Assembly: GCA_963716255.1 (NCBI GenBank)
Contig: OY970303.1
Span: forward strand, 5,760,001-5,824,000
Direction of reading: 5' to 3'
Source: an uncultured Gemmatimonadales bacterium
Lineage (GTDB): Bacteria > Gemmatimonadota > Gemmatimonadetes > Longimicrobiales > Longimicrobiaceae
Length of the DNA stretch: 64,000 nt
The notes beneath the pieces are model-generated. The model saw only the letters and a list, made by a program, of their open reading frames with translations, did not search any database and had not been told where the DNA came from. Positions 10,432-20,334 of this stretch are shown piece by piece. Position numbers and translations under genes: made by a program. How positions within the stretch are numbered: position 1 is the first letter of the stretch; the number at the start of each line of letters is the position of its first letter.

Positions 10432-11295
10432 TTCGGCTCCTCGGCTGATTTCGTGAGAAATCGTGGAGTCTGAGGGTTAGTGGACAACGTGGCGGCTCCG
10501 TGACGCTGAGATATAGTAATAGTGTCCGGTGGTGGACGCCATGACTTGAGCACGACTTTGGTGCCACCGGCTGGGAAGTGTTACCGCGGAGGGTATCAGA
10601 TTATTCAATCCGAAAACTTCCCGGGGGGGATGGAACCAGGCCGCAAATGCTTGATGCGACTGATTTTTTCCAAAAACGAGCAATTACCGGGCCATTGTGT
10701 CCCGGGCCCCGCCCGTTTCGAGCGAACGGACCGCCGGCATGATGGCCGGCAGATCCGCCCAACCCCACGGGCTCCTTCTGCTCCGGTGCCCCCAACGCAT
10801 TCAAGGGAAAGCGTTTGCTGGTTCCTGGCGGGCAACCAGCGTGTTTCCCGACAGGAGCTTTTCAGGACGGTCGCGGTGGGAAACAGGCTCCGCTCGGCTC
10901 CCGGCACATCTTTCCCGTCAGGGGTTGCGTTGGAAGTGCCGATTGCCTATTCTGGTCTGCGCGCCGCGGGTGGACAGAACGACTGCGGCCTGATATTTTG
11001 TTCCCAAACGGGAACATGGCGGATCTTTGACAGCTCGGGAAGGGCCACGGAAGGTCGAGACCGCGGGCGCATGTGCGTCCGCGACAGCAGTTATCTAATG
11101 CACCCGCCCTTCCAGATCAAGGATTTCGCGGATGCCGTCGGGCCGGGTGCCCCGTCCCCGACGACCGTCCGTTTCGCGGCTTCCCGGACCCGGCCGCCCC
11201 TCCACGGGGAGCGAGATCCGGGACCTGGCGCGGAGAGTCGTCTCCGCAGGATCGTTCCCGGTCCGGTCCACTCATCACCATCAGAAGGAGCCAGC

Positions 11296-11520
11296 ATGAG
11301 CAGCAGGGACGAGAAGGAAGATACCACGATCTACAAGGTGGTGGTCAACCACGAGGAGCAGTACTCGATCTGGCCGGCGCACAAGGAGCTGCCGCTGGGC
11401 TGGAACGAGGTGGGCGTGCAGGGGCTCAAGGACGTGTGCCTGGCCCACATCAAGGAGGTCTGGACCGACATGCGGCCCAAGAGCCTCCGCGAGAAGATGC
11501 AGGCGGCCGGCCTGGGCTGA
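11296..11520 (+). CDS. mbtH: MbtH-like protein
   Basis: [13 protein letters not shown]...PLGW...[18 protein letters not shown] with three conserved Trp; AAGGAG RBS. Confidence 0.97.
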   Translation: MSSRDEKEDTTIYKVVVNHEEQYSIWPAHKELPLGWNEVGVQGLKDVCLAHIKEVWTDMRPKSLREKMQAAGLG

Positions 11521-11554
11521 TCCCCGGCGGTTCCGGACCTGCGTCGCGCAGACA

Positions 11555-11585
11555 ACCCCGGCGGGGAATCGCTCCCCGCCGGGGT
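11555..11585 (+). terminator. Stem-loop between mbtH and TEII
   Basis: ACCCCGGCGGGGA-atcgc-TCCCCGCCGGGGT, perfect 13-bp stem. Confidence 0.5.
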
Positions 11586-11619
11586 CTTCACGCTCCCCAC
11601 GCACTCCCGCGAAGCACAG

Positions 11620-12405
11620 ATGAACCGTCCGCCCGCCGCCGATCCCTGGATCCTCCGGCGCCCACCCAACCCGGGTGCGCGCCTGCGCCTGTTCTGCTTT
11701 CCGTACGCGGCCGGCGGAGCGTCCATCTTCCGCGCGTGGCAGCAGAGCCTGCCGCCGGAGGTGGACGTCTGCCCGGTCCAGCTGCCGGGGCGCGAGAGCC
11801 GACTGCGCGAGCCGCCCTTCGACCGGCTCGCCCCGCTGGTGCGCACGCTCGCCGGGGTGCTGGAGCCTTACTCGGAGCTGCCGTTCGCGTTCTTCGGCTA
11901 CAGCAACGGGGCGCTGGTGAGCTTCGAGCTCACGCGGGAGCTGCGGCGGCGCGGGATGCGGCAGCCGGCGCACATCTTCGCCGCGGCGTGCCCCGCTCCC
12001 CACCTGCCGGACCCGGACCCGCCGATCCACGACCTGGCGGACGAGGAGCTGATCGCGGAGATGCGCAGGCTGAACGGCACCCCCGACGAGATCCTGCGGA
12101 ACGAGGAGCTGATGCACCTGCTGATCCCGCTCATGCGCGCGGACGCGGCGATCCACGAGACGTACGTGCACGAGCAGGAGGAGCCGCTGGACGTGCCGAT
12201 CACGGCGGTGGGCGGGCTCGGCGACCCGAAGGCGAGCCGCGAGGACATGGAGGCGTGGCGCCTGCACACGCGCGCGGAGTTCGCCGTGCGCATGATGCCA
12301 GGGGACCACTTCTTCATCCACACGGCGCAGGCGATGCTCCTCCGGGACCTGGCGCAGGACCTACACGGGGTGCTCCGCCGCGTGGGGGAGCTGCAGCGCA
12401 CGTGA
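11620..12405 (+). CDS. Type II (editing) thioesterase
   Basis: RLFCFPYAAGG, VQLPGRE, GYSNG (GxSxG) and GDHFF motifs. Confidence 0.93.
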   Translation: MNRPPAADPWILRRPPNPGARLRLFCFPYAAGGASIFRAWQQSLPPEVDVCPVQLPGRESRLREPPFDRLAPLVRTLAGVLEPYSELPFAFFGYSNGALVSFELTRELRRRGMRQPAHIFAAACPAPHLPDPDPPIHDLADEELIAEMRRLNGTPDEILRNEELMHLLIPLMRADAAIHETYVHEQEEPLDVPITAVGGLGDPKASREDMEAWRLHTRAEFAVRMMPGDHFFIHTAQAMLLRDLAQDLHGVLRRVGELQRT

Positions 12406-13163
12406 GCGCGGCGGGGGAGGCGTGGGGAGCGCCGCCGCGTCTCCCCCGGCTCGCGGACGACGTGGTCCACGTGTGGGCGGCGCCGCTGGACCCGCCCGCG
12501 GACGCGGTCGGGCGCCACGCGGCGCTCCTGGCGCCCGACGAGCGCGCGCGGGCGGACCGCTTCCGCTTCGAGCGGGACCGGCGGCGCTTCACCGTCGCCC
12601 GCGGGGTGCTCCGCGCCCTGCTCGGCCGCTACCTGGAAACGGACCCGCGCGGCGTCGCCTTCCGGTACGAGTCGCACGGCAAGCCCGTGCTGGACGGCGA
12701 AATCGCGGCGCACGGGATCCGCTTCAACGTTTCCCACTCGGGGGAGATGGCGCTCTACGCCCTGGCGCGCGGCAGGGAGCTGGGAGTGGACGTGGAGAAA
12801 GTGCGCAGGATGGAGGACGGGCTGGCCATCGCCGAGCGCTTCTTCTCCCGGGCGGAGGTGGCGGCGTTCCGGGCGCTCCCGGACGAGATCCGCGACGACG
12901 CCTTCTTCAACTGCTGGACGCGCAAGGAAGCGTACATCAAGGCGGTGGGCGAGGGGCTCTCCTTTCCGCTGCACGTGTTCGACGTGTCGCTCGCGCCCGG
13001 CGAGCCGGCGCGGCTGCTGGCGTCCCGCGATCCCCACCAGGCGGAGCGCTGGTCGCTCCGCGGGATCCCGGACCCCGCGCCGGGCTACCGCGCCGCCGTG
13101 GTGGTGGAGGGCGAGGGGTGGGATCTGGCCTGCTGGCGGTGGGACGGTGACGCGGGCGCGTAG
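12402..13163 (+). CDS. Sfp-type 4'-phosphopantetheinyl transferase
   Basis: GKP, FNVSHSG, LGVDVE and FFNCWTRKEAYIKAVGEGL motifs; GTG overlaps the TEII stop. Confidence 0.95.
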   Translation: MSAAGEAWGAPPRLPRLADDVVHVWAAPLDPPADAVGRHAALLAPDERARADRFRFERDRRRFTVARGVLRALLGRYLETDPRGVAFRYESHGKPVLDGEIAAHGIRFNVSHSGEMALYALARGRELGVDVEKVRRMEDGLAIAERFFSRAEVAAFRALPDEIRDDAFFNCWTRKEAYIKAVGEGLSFPLHVFDVSLAPGEPARLLASRDPHQAERWSLRGIPDPAPGYRAAVVVEGEGWDLACWRWDGDAGA

Positions 13164-13253
13164 CGCCGGCGGACCTTGCCGCGGCGGGGCGTGGTATCAG
13201 CGTGCTCCGATCCGGGCACCGTAGGAAATCACCGACACCAGGGACGACGCCGA

Positions 13254-13892
13254 ATGAAGACCCGCCGCACGCTGCTGCTCACCGCTCTGGCCCTCGGGAT
13301 GGGCGCCGCCCCGGCATGGACCGGGACCGCCCGTGAGGGCGCCGCTCAGGCCCCCGCGGCTGCCGCGGGGGAGTACGAGATCGACCCCAGCCACTCGCAG
13401 GTGCTCTTCAAGGTCAAGCATCTGGGGATCAGCACGGTGACCGGGCGGTTCCGCGACTTCAGCGGTACCATCTCGTACGACCCGCAGAACCCGGCCGCTT
13501 CGCGGGCGCGCGCGACGATCAGGACCGCCAGCATCGACACGGACAACGACCGCCGGGACAACCACCTGCGCAGCGCGGACTTCTTCGAGGCGGAGAAGCA
13601 CCCGGAGATCACCTTCACGACGGGGCGGCTGCGCGAGGCGCGCGGCGACGCCTTCAAGCTGGACGGGACGCTCACCATGCGCGGCGTGACGCGCCCGATC
13701 ACGCTGGACGTGGAGAAGGTGGGCCCCGTGCGCGGCCCGGACGGACGCGACCGCATGGCCTTCAACGCCACCACCACGCTGGACCGTACCCAGTACGGCC
13801 TGACCTGGAGCCGCGCGACGGAGGCGGGCGGGCTGGTGGTGGGGAACGACGTGCAGATCGTCCTGGAGCTGGAGACCGTCCGCAAGCCGTAG
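13254..13892 (+). CDS. yceI: YceI-family secreted lipid/polyisoprenoid-binding protein
   Basis: Signal peptide, then YEIDPSHSQVLFKVKHLGISTVTGRF, SIDTDNDRRDNHLRSADFF and GTLTMRGVTRPITL. Confidence 0.92.
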   Translation: MKTRRTLLLTALALGMGAAPAWTGTAREGAAQAPAAAAGEYEIDPSHSQVLFKVKHLGISTVTGRFRDFSGTISYDPQNPAASRARATIRTASIDTDNDRRDNHLRSADFFEAEKHPEITFTTGRLREARGDAFKLDGTLTMRGVTRPITLDVEKVGPVRGPDGRDRMAFNATTTLDRTQYGLTWSRATEAGGLVVGNDVQIVLELETVRKP

Positions 13893-13909
13893 TGCCGGCG
13901 GCCGGAGCA

Positions 13910-13942
13910 CCGAGGGCCCGGGGTTCTTCCCCGGGCCCTCGG
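13910..13942 (+). terminator. Hairpin after yceI
   Basis: CCGAGGGCCCGGGG-ttctt-CCCCGGGCCCTCGG, perfect 14-bp stem. Confidence 0.6.
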
Positions 13943-14019
13943 CGCGTCCGGCAGGACGGGCGGGTGCCGCGGAACGCGGCAGACGTTGCAGATCGCGGCC
14001 ATGTCGGGTGGGGTGCCGT

Positions 14020-14150
14020 CGCGTGAGGGATTCCGGCCCGAAGGGGCGAGACCCGGCGGCTGTTTGCCGGGGCTCGACTCCGTTAGCCCGCGTTGTCTGC
14101 GGGCTTACGGAGCCGAAGCCCGACCCCGGCGCCAGCCGGGGGCACGCCCG
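14020..14150 (+). repeat. Structured ~130-nt intergenic element, copy 2
   Basis: Same conserved framework as copy 1; variable stems CCCGGC/GCCGGG and AGCCCGC/GCGGGCT. Confidence 0.9.
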
Positions 14151-14168
14151 ACCAGGCAGTTCGATCCG

Positions 14169-15074
14169 TCACTCGTCCGGCCCCTCGTCGAGACCGGACC
14201 GGTCGCCGGTCTTCGCCGCCTCGCGGAGCAGCAGCAGCTCGGCCAGAAAGGTGTCGGCGGCGGTGGCGAAGGCGCCCCTGCGGCGAAGCTCCGTGGGGGT
14301 GAAGCCGGTGAACTCCTGCACGGCCCGGCGGAGGCTGCTGTCGGTGGCGTAGCCGCAGCTGTGCGCCACGCCCAGCACCGACTGGTCGGGGTAGTCGAGC
14401 AGCTCGGCGGCGAAGAGCACGCGCACCCAGGCGAGGAGGCGGCGGGGCGGGGGAAGGTGCGACCGCTCGCACCAGCGGAGGAGGGCCCGGTCGCTCAGGT
14501 GGAGCAGCTCGGCGAGGTCGCTCCCCTGGCCCACCCGCGCGGCCAGCTCCGCGGCGGCCGACAGCACGGCCCGCCCCCGGCTGGACACGAACGAGGGGAG
14601 CGAGTGCGACAGGAAGCTGCGCATCAGCCGCCCCTGGGCGGAGCGGATCTTCCGGGCAATGCTCTCGGCGGTCTCGTCGCGGTCCAGGGCGATGATCTCG
14701 GCGACGCCCCACTCCCCCAGCGTGCGGAGGTCGTGGAACCGCCCGGGCCGGATCTCCAGCGCGGCGAGCACGGTGGTCGACGGATAGCGCTCGAGGAGGG
14801 TCTTCAGCTGGCCGGCCAGGTCCCTGCGCCCGGGCACTTCGGCGTAGGGATCGACCACGGCGAGCGCGGTGGGCGGCGCCTCGGCCAGGTACCGCAGCAG
14901 CGAGTCCCAGCTCGGGACGGCGAACCATTCCAGGCGCTCGCCGGCGGCCCGCAGCACGCGCTCGCGCAGCACGGGATCCGTGTGGAAGAAGAAGATGGGA
15001 CGCGCGGACTGCGAGCCTGGTCGCAAAATGGTCGGCGGACGGGGTGGGGAGATCGTGTCGGGGGTGTAGGTCAT
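14169..15074 (-). CDS. AraC/XylS-family transcriptional regulator (paralog 2)
   Basis: Colinear with paralog 1 (VVDPY, LGEWGV, LHLS.R.LLRWCER..LPPPRR, HxCGY..DSSLRRA). Start uncertain. Confidence 0.88.
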   Translation of the reverse strand: MTYTPDTISPPRPPTILRPGSQSARPIFFFHTDPVLRERVLRAAGERLEWFAVPSWDSLLRYLAEAPPTALAVVDPYAEVPGRRDLAGQLKTLLERYPSTTVLAALEIRPGRFHDLRTLGEWGVAEIIALDRDETAESIARKIRSAQGRLMRSFLSHSLPSFVSSRGRAVLSAAAELAARVGQGSDLAELLHLSDRALLRWCERSHLPPPRRLLAWVRVLFAAELLDYPDQSVLGVAHSCGYATDSSLRRAVQEFTGFTPTELRRRGAFATAADTFLAELLLLREAAKTGDRSGLDEGPDE

Positions 15075-15184
15075 CTTACGGGCGCGGCAGGGGGCTGTCC
15101 AGCGCCGGAACGGGGGGACCCGGGGAGGCCCCGGTGAAGGAGGGTGCGGCGCCCCTTGGGGCCTCCACATACTTGGCGGCACGA

Positions 15185-15218
15185 CTTGAGTATCGGCCCG
15201 GTTTGCTGTATTCTCAAG
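15185..15218. promoter_or_regulatory. Overlapping bidirectional sigma70-like promoter
   Basis: + strand TTGAGT(15186)-17 nt-TATTCT(15209) toward the NRPS; - strand TTGAGA(15217)-17 nt-GATACT(15194) toward araC. Confidence 0.55.
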
Positions 15219-15333
15219 CGCTGCTTTCCGTGCCGGCGCCGGCCGAAAACCGGTGCCCGCCCGGCCCGCGCGAGACTGCTCGCCGCGAGGCCCGAACCAC
15301 GCGGCACCACCGTCGCCGTTCCCGAGGATCGCC

Positions 15334-18300
15334 GTGCCGCGCAGCTCCGCCCCGTCGTCGTACCGCGCCTCCGGCTCCGGTGCGCCGTGCCTGCACGACG
15401 CCTTCGTGGCGTGGGCGGCGCGCGCGCCCGGAAGGGTCGCGCTGGTGCACGGGACGGAGCGGGTGACCTACGGCGAGCTGCTCGTCCGGGCGGAGCGCGT
15501 CGCGGGGGCGCTGCGGATGCGCGGCGTGGGGCCCGAGGTCCGCGTGGGTGTCTGCACCGGCCGCGGGGCGGAGATGGTGGCGGCGGTGCTCGGCGTGCTC
15601 CTGGCGGGCGGCGCCTACGTGCCGCTGGACCCGAAGTATCCCCGCGAGCGGCTGGACCTCGTGCTGCGGGACGCGGAGGTGCGCGTGCTGGTGGCGGAGG
15701 CGCGCCTGGTGGACCGGCTGCCGGAGCTCGGCGGCGAGGTCGTGGTCCTGGACGACCTGGAGGCGGGGTCCGAGGCCTTTCCTGGCAAGGCGGGTGCCGC
15801 GTCGGCGGACAACCTCGCGTACCTGATCTACACGTCGGGATCGACGGGCCGGCCCAAGGGGGTGCAGATCGAGCACCGGAGCGCCGTGGCGCTGCTGCGC
15901 TGGGCGGACGAGGTGTTCGCGGACGACGTGCTCGGCGGGGTGCTGGCGTCCACCTCGCTGAGCTTCGACCTGTCGGTGTTCGAGCTGTTCCTGCCGCTGG
16001 GGCGCGGGGGCACGTTGGTGCTTGCGGAGGACGCGCTGGCGCTGGCGACGCTGCCGGCGCGCGAGGAGGTGACGCTGCTGAACACGGTGCCCTCGGCGGC
16101 GGCGGCGCTGGTGCGCGCGGGGGCGGTGCCGGCGTCGGTGCGCGTGGTGTGCCTCGCGGGGGAGGCGCTGAAGCGGGGGCTCGTGGACGAGCTGTACGGG
16201 CTGCCGCAGGTGGAGGCGGTGTACAACCTGTACGGCCCGAGCGAGGACACCACCTACTCCACCTGGGCGCGGGTGCCGCGGCGGGACGCCCGGCCCCCGG
16301 CGATCGGCGGGGCGGTGACGGGGACGGCGGCGTACGTGCTGGACGAGGGGATGGAGCCGGTGGCGGCGGACGCCTCCGGCGAGCTGTACCTGGGCGGGGC
16401 GGGGGTGGCGCGGGGCTACCTGGGGCGGCCGGACGCGACGGCGGGGGCGTTCGTCCCCGACCCGTTCGGCGGGGAGCCGGGCGCGCGCATGTACCGCACG
16501 GGCGACACGGTGCGCGCGCGGCCGGATGGGGAGCTGGAGTTCCTGGGCCGGCTGGACCACCAGGTGAAGCTGCGCGGCTTCCGCATCGAGCCGGGAGAGG
16601 TCGAGGCGGTGCTCGCGTCGGCGCCCGGGGTGCGGGATGCCGTGGTCGTGCTGCGGGAGGACACGCCGGGCGATCCGCGCCTGGCCGCGTACCTGGTCCC
16701 CGGCGCGCCGGGCACGCTCGCCGTCGCCGCGGTGCGCGACTTCGTACGCGCGCGTCTCCCCGGACCGATGGTGCCCGGGGCGTGGACGGTGCTGGACGCG
16801 CTGCCCCTGACGCCCAACGGAAAGACGGACCGGGCCGCGCTCCCCGCCCCGGAGGGAATGCGCGCCGCGGACGAGCCGGCGTACGTCGCCCCCCGCACGC
16901 CCACGGAGCGGGCGCTCGCCGCGGTGTGGGCCGGGGTCCTGGGCGTGGAGCGGGTGGGCGCGGAGGACGACTTCCTGGAGCTGGGCGGGCACTCGCTCCT
17001 GGCCATGCGGGTGGTCGCGCGCGTGCGGGAGGCGCTGGGCGTGGAACTGCCGCTGGCGGCGGTGCTGGAGGCGCGGACGGTCGCGGGCCTCGCGGCGCGG
17101 GTGGACGCGCTGGGCCCGGCGGCGGACGCTTCGCCGGTGCGGTGGCACCCTGCGGAGCCGGACGCGGCGCCGCTCTCCTTTGCGCAGCAGCGGCTCTGGC
17201 TGCTGGACCGGCTGCACCCCGGGAGCCCGGTCTACAACGTCCCCGCGGTGGTGCGGCTCCAGGGCGCGCTGGACCGGGACGCGCTCCAGCGCGCCCTGGA
17301 GGAGATCGTTCGGCGCCACGATGCGCTCCGCACGACGATCGAGGTGCGCGGCGGCGAGCCGGTGCAGGTGGCCGGACCGGCCGGGCCGGTGCCGCTCCCG
17401 CTGGACGACCTGGCGGCCGCGGGCGGGGGCGAGCCGGGCGCGCGGCTGGCGGAGGCGGAGCTCGCGGAGGCGCGGCTGCCCTTCGACCTGGCGCGGGGGC
17501 CGCTCTTCCGCGCGCGGCTCCTGCGGGTCGCGGCGCGGGAGCACGTGCTGCTCCTCGCCATGCACCACGTGGTCACGGACGGGTGGTCGCTGGAGGTGCT
17601 CTTCCGCGATCTGGCGGCGCTGTACGCGGCTTTCGCCGCGGGGCGGCCCTCGCCGCTGCGGGAGCTGCCGCTGCGCTACGCCGACTTCGCCGTTGCCCAG
17701 CGGCAGCACTTAACGGGTCAGGCGCTGGCGAGTCTCCTGGACTGGTGGGTGCCACGCCTCCGCGGCGCGCCCTCGCTGGAGCTGCCGGCGGACCGTCCGC
17801 GCCCGGCGCGCCGCGGCCTCGCCGGCGCGGCGCACCGCTTCGCCGTTCCCGCCGCGGCGGCGTCCCGCGTGGCGGCGCTTGGGAGGGCGGAGGGTGCCAC
17901 GCCGTTCATGGCGATGCTCGCGGCCTTCAAGCTTTTCCTGGCGCGGCACGCGGGGGAGTGGGACGTGGTCGTGGGCTCGCCGGTCGCCGCGCGGGCGCGG
18001 CGCGAGGCGGAGGGTGTGGTAGGATTCTTCGCGAACACGCTGGCGCTGCGGACCGACCTGGCCGGGGCGTCGACGTTCCGCGAGCTTCTGCGGCGGGTCC
18101 GCGAAACGACGCTGGGGGCGTATGCCCACGCGGACCTCCCCTTCGAGCGGCTGGTGGAGGCGCTGGGCGGGGAGCGCGACCCCGGCCGGACCCCCGTCTT
18201 CCAGGCGATGTTCGCGGTGCGGGACCGGCTGCCTGAGCTGGAGGCCGGCGGGGTGCGGATGGAGATGCGGGAGGGGGAGACGGGGACGGCCAAGTTCGAC

Positions 18301-20334
18301 CTGTTCCTGGAGCTGGCGGAGGGGCGGGACGGCGTGGGCGCCTCGCTGGAGTACGCGGCCGACCTGTTCGACCGGGGGACGGCCGAGCGGATGGCGGAGC
18401 GCTTCGTGGTGCTGCTGGAAGGGATCGCCGCGGAGCCCGACCTCCCCGTGACCGCGCTCCCGCTCCTCGCTGCCGGGGAGCGCGGCCGGGTGCTGTGCGA
18501 GTGGAACGCGACGGACGCGCCCTGGCCGCGCGGGTCCCGCCTGCACGACGCGTTCGCCGCCGCCGCGGCGCGGTCGCCGGACGCGGTCGCGCTGGTGCAC
18601 GGGGAGCGGAGGGTGACGTACGCGGAGCTGGACGCGGCGTCGGCGCGGGTCGCGCGGGAGCTGCGGGCGCGGGGGACGGGGCCGGAGTGCCGGGTGGGGG
18701 TGTGCCTGGAGCGCACCCCGGAGCTGGTGGCCGCGCTGCTGGGTGTGCTCCGCGCGGGCGCCGCGTACGTGCCGCTGGACCCGGCGTACCCGCGCGAGCG
18801 GATCTGCTTCATCCTCCGCAACGCGGCCGTGCCGCTGGTGGTGACGCAGCGCTCGCTGGCGGGCGGCCTCGCTGCGGACGGGGTGGAGCTGCTGCCGGTG
18901 GAGGCGCTGGCGGCGGAGCCCGGCGGCGTCCCCGGGTCCGGCGCGGAGCCGGAGAGCGCGGCGTACCTGATCTACACGTCGGGGTCGACGGGGACGCCCA
19001 AGGGGGTGGTGGTCGAGCACCGCAGCGCGGTGGCGTTCCTGGAGTGGGCGCGCGGCGAGTTCACGGCGGAGGAGCTGTCGGGCGTGCTCGCGTCCACTTC
19101 GGTCTGCTTCGACCTTTCGGTGTTCGAGATCTTTGTCCCGCTGGCCGCGGGCGGGACCGTGGTCCTGGCGGAGAACGCCCTGGAGCTTCCCCGGCTCCCC
19201 GCGCGAGACCGGGTGACGCTGGTGAACACCGTCCCCTCGGCCGCGGCGGAGCTGGTGCGCGCGGGCGGGATCCCGGCTTCGGTGCGCTCGGTGAGCCTGG
19301 CCGGCGAGCCGCTGAAGGGGGCGCTCGCGGAGGCGCTGTACGCGGCGGGCGTGGGGACGGTGCGCAACCTGTACGGCCCGAGCGAGGACACGACGTACTC
19401 CACCTGGGCCCGGGTGCCGCGCGGAAGCGGACGGGAGCCGACGATCGGGCGGCCGGTGGCGAACACGCGGGCGTACGTGCTGGACGGCTCGCTGGAGCCG
19501 GCGCCCGTGGGCGTGCCGGGCGAACTGTACCTGGGCGGCGCGGGGCTGGCGCGCGGCTACCTTGGCCGGCCGGCGCTGACGGCGGAGCGCTTCGTCCCCG
19601 ACCCGTTCGCGGCCGGCGGCGGGCGGCTGTACCGCACGGGCGACCGCGCGCGCTGGCTGACGGCCGGGGAGCTGGAGTTCCTGGGGCGGCTGGACCACCA
19701 GGTGAAGCTGCGCGGCTTCCGCATCGAGCCGGGGGAGGTCGAGGCCGCCCTCCTCCGCCACCCGGCCGTGCGCGAGGCGGTGGTGATGGTGCGCGACGCC
19801 GCGCCGGGCGGGCCGCGGCTGGTCGCGTACGTGGGCACGGGGGACGCGGCCGTGGCCGCCGACGAGCTGCGCGGCCACCTGGCCGCCCTGCTCCCCGCCC
19901 ACATGGTCCCCGCGGACCTGGTGGTGCTCGCCGCGCTCCCCAGGACGCCCAACGGCAAGACGGACCGGGCCGCGCTCCCGGAGCCCGCATCCGCGCCCGC
20001 GGCGGCGTGGACCGCGCCGCGGACGGCGACGGAGGCGGAGCTGGCGCGCATCTGGGCGGAGGCGCTGGGGGTGGAGCGGATCGGTGTGGACGACCACTTC
20101 TTCCGGCTGGGCGGCCACTCGCTGCTGGCGACGCGGGTGCTCGCGGCGGTGTGGGAAAGCTTCGGGGTGGAGGTGCCGCTGCACAGGGTGTTCGACGCGC
20201 CCACGCTGGCGGGGATGGCGAAGGTGGTGGACGGAGAGCGCGAAACGGAGCTCGCCAGGATGCTGGCGGAGCTGGACGACATGTCGGACGAGGAGGCGCG
20301 CCTGCTCCTCGCCGCGGAGGGAGAACAGGGTTGA
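15334..20334 (+). CDS. NRPS initiation protein A-PCP-C-A-PCP
   Basis: Two A domains with hand-read codes DLFNCALTYK and DLFNSALTYK (Ala-like), HHVVTDGWS, two LGGHSL. Start placed at GTG 15334 after GAGGA; ORF is open from 15253. Confidence 0.93.
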   Translation: MPRSSAPSSYRASGSGAPCLHDAFVAWAARAPGRVALVHGTERVTYGELLVRAERVAGALRMRGVGPEVRVGVCTGRGAEMVAAVLGVLLAGGAYVPLDPKYPRERLDLVLRDAEVRVLVAEARLVDRLPELGGEVVVLDDLEAGSEAFPGKAGAASADNLAYLIYTSGSTGRPKGVQIEHRSAVALLRWADEVFADDVLGGVLASTSLSFDLSVFELFLPLGRGGTLVLAEDALALATLPAREEVTLLNTVPSAAAALVRAGAVPASVRVVCLAGEALKRGLVDELYGLPQVEAVYNLYGPSEDTTYSTWARVPRRDARPPAIGGAVTGTAAYVLDEGMEPVAADASGELYLGGAGVARGYLGRPDATAGAFVPDPFGGEPGARMYRTGDTVRARPDGELEFLGRLDHQVKLRGFRIEPGEVEAVLASAPGVRDAVVVLREDTPGDPRLAAYLVPGAPGTLAVAAVRDFVRARLPGPMVPGAWTVLDALPLTPNGKTDRAALPAPEGMRAADEPAYVAPRTPTERALAAVWAGVLGVERVGAEDDFLELGGHSLLAMRVVARVREALGVELPLAAVLEARTVAGLAARVDALGPAADASPVRWHPAEPDAAPLSFAQQRLWLLDRLHPGSPVYNVPAVVRLQGALDRDALQRALEEIVRRHDALRTTIEVRGGEPVQVAGPAGPVPLPLDDLAAAGGGEPGARLAEAELAEARLPFDLARGPLFRARLLRVAAREHVLLLAMHHVVTDGWSLEVLFRDLAALYAAFAAGRPSPLRELPLRYADFAVAQRQHLTGQALASLLDWWVPRLRGAPSLELPADRPRPARRGLAGAAHRFAVPAAAASRVAALGRAEGATPFMAMLAAFKLFLARHAGEWDVVVGSPVAARARREAEGVVGFFANTLALRTDLAGASTFRELLRRVRETTLGAYAHADLPFERLVEALGGERDPGRTPVFQAMFAVRDRLPELEAGGVRMEMREGETGTAKFDLFLELAEGRDGVGASLEYAADLFDRGTAERMAERFVVLLEGIAAEPDLPVTALPLLAAGERGRVLCEWNATDAPWPRGSRLHDAFAAAAARSPDAVALVHGERRVTYAELDAASARVARELRARGTGPECRVGVCLERTPELVAALLGVLRAGAAYVPLDPAYPRERICFILRNAAVPLVVTQRSLAGGLAADGVELLPVEALAAEPGGVPGSGAEPESAAYLIYTSGSTGTPKGVVVEHRSAVAFLEWARGEFTAEELSGVLASTSVCFDLSVFEIFVPLAAGGTVVLAENALELPRLPARDRVTLVNTVPSAAAELVRAGGIPASVRSVSLAGEPLKGALAEALYAAGVGTVRNLYGPSEDTTYSTWARVPRGSGREPTIGRPVANTRAYVLDGSLEPAPVGVPGELYLGGAGLARGYLGRPALTAERFVPDPFAAGGGRLYRTGDRARWLTAGELEFLGRLDHQVKLRGFRIEPGEVEAALLRHPAVREAVVMVRDAAPGGPRLVAYVGTGDAAVAADELRGHLAALLPAHMVPADLVVLAALPRTPNGKTDRAALPEPASAPAAAWTAPRTATEAELARIWAEALGVERIGVDDHFFRLGGHSLLATRVLAAVWESFGVEVPLHRVFDAPTLAGMAKVVDGERETELARMLAELDDMSDEEARLLLAAEGEQG

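Noticed and set aside
10522..11295. N-terminal extensions in the ORF track (mbtH from 10522; also starts at 18495, 35194, 35268, 37306, 39361, 52214)
   Set aside because: These extensions cross intergenic DNA, repeats or upstream genes; RBS-supported or stop-overlapping starts lie downstream.
11893..11910. TEII motif GYSNG instead of GHSMG as a sign of inactivity
   Set aside because: The GxSxG serine and the C-terminal GDHFF histidine are both retained.
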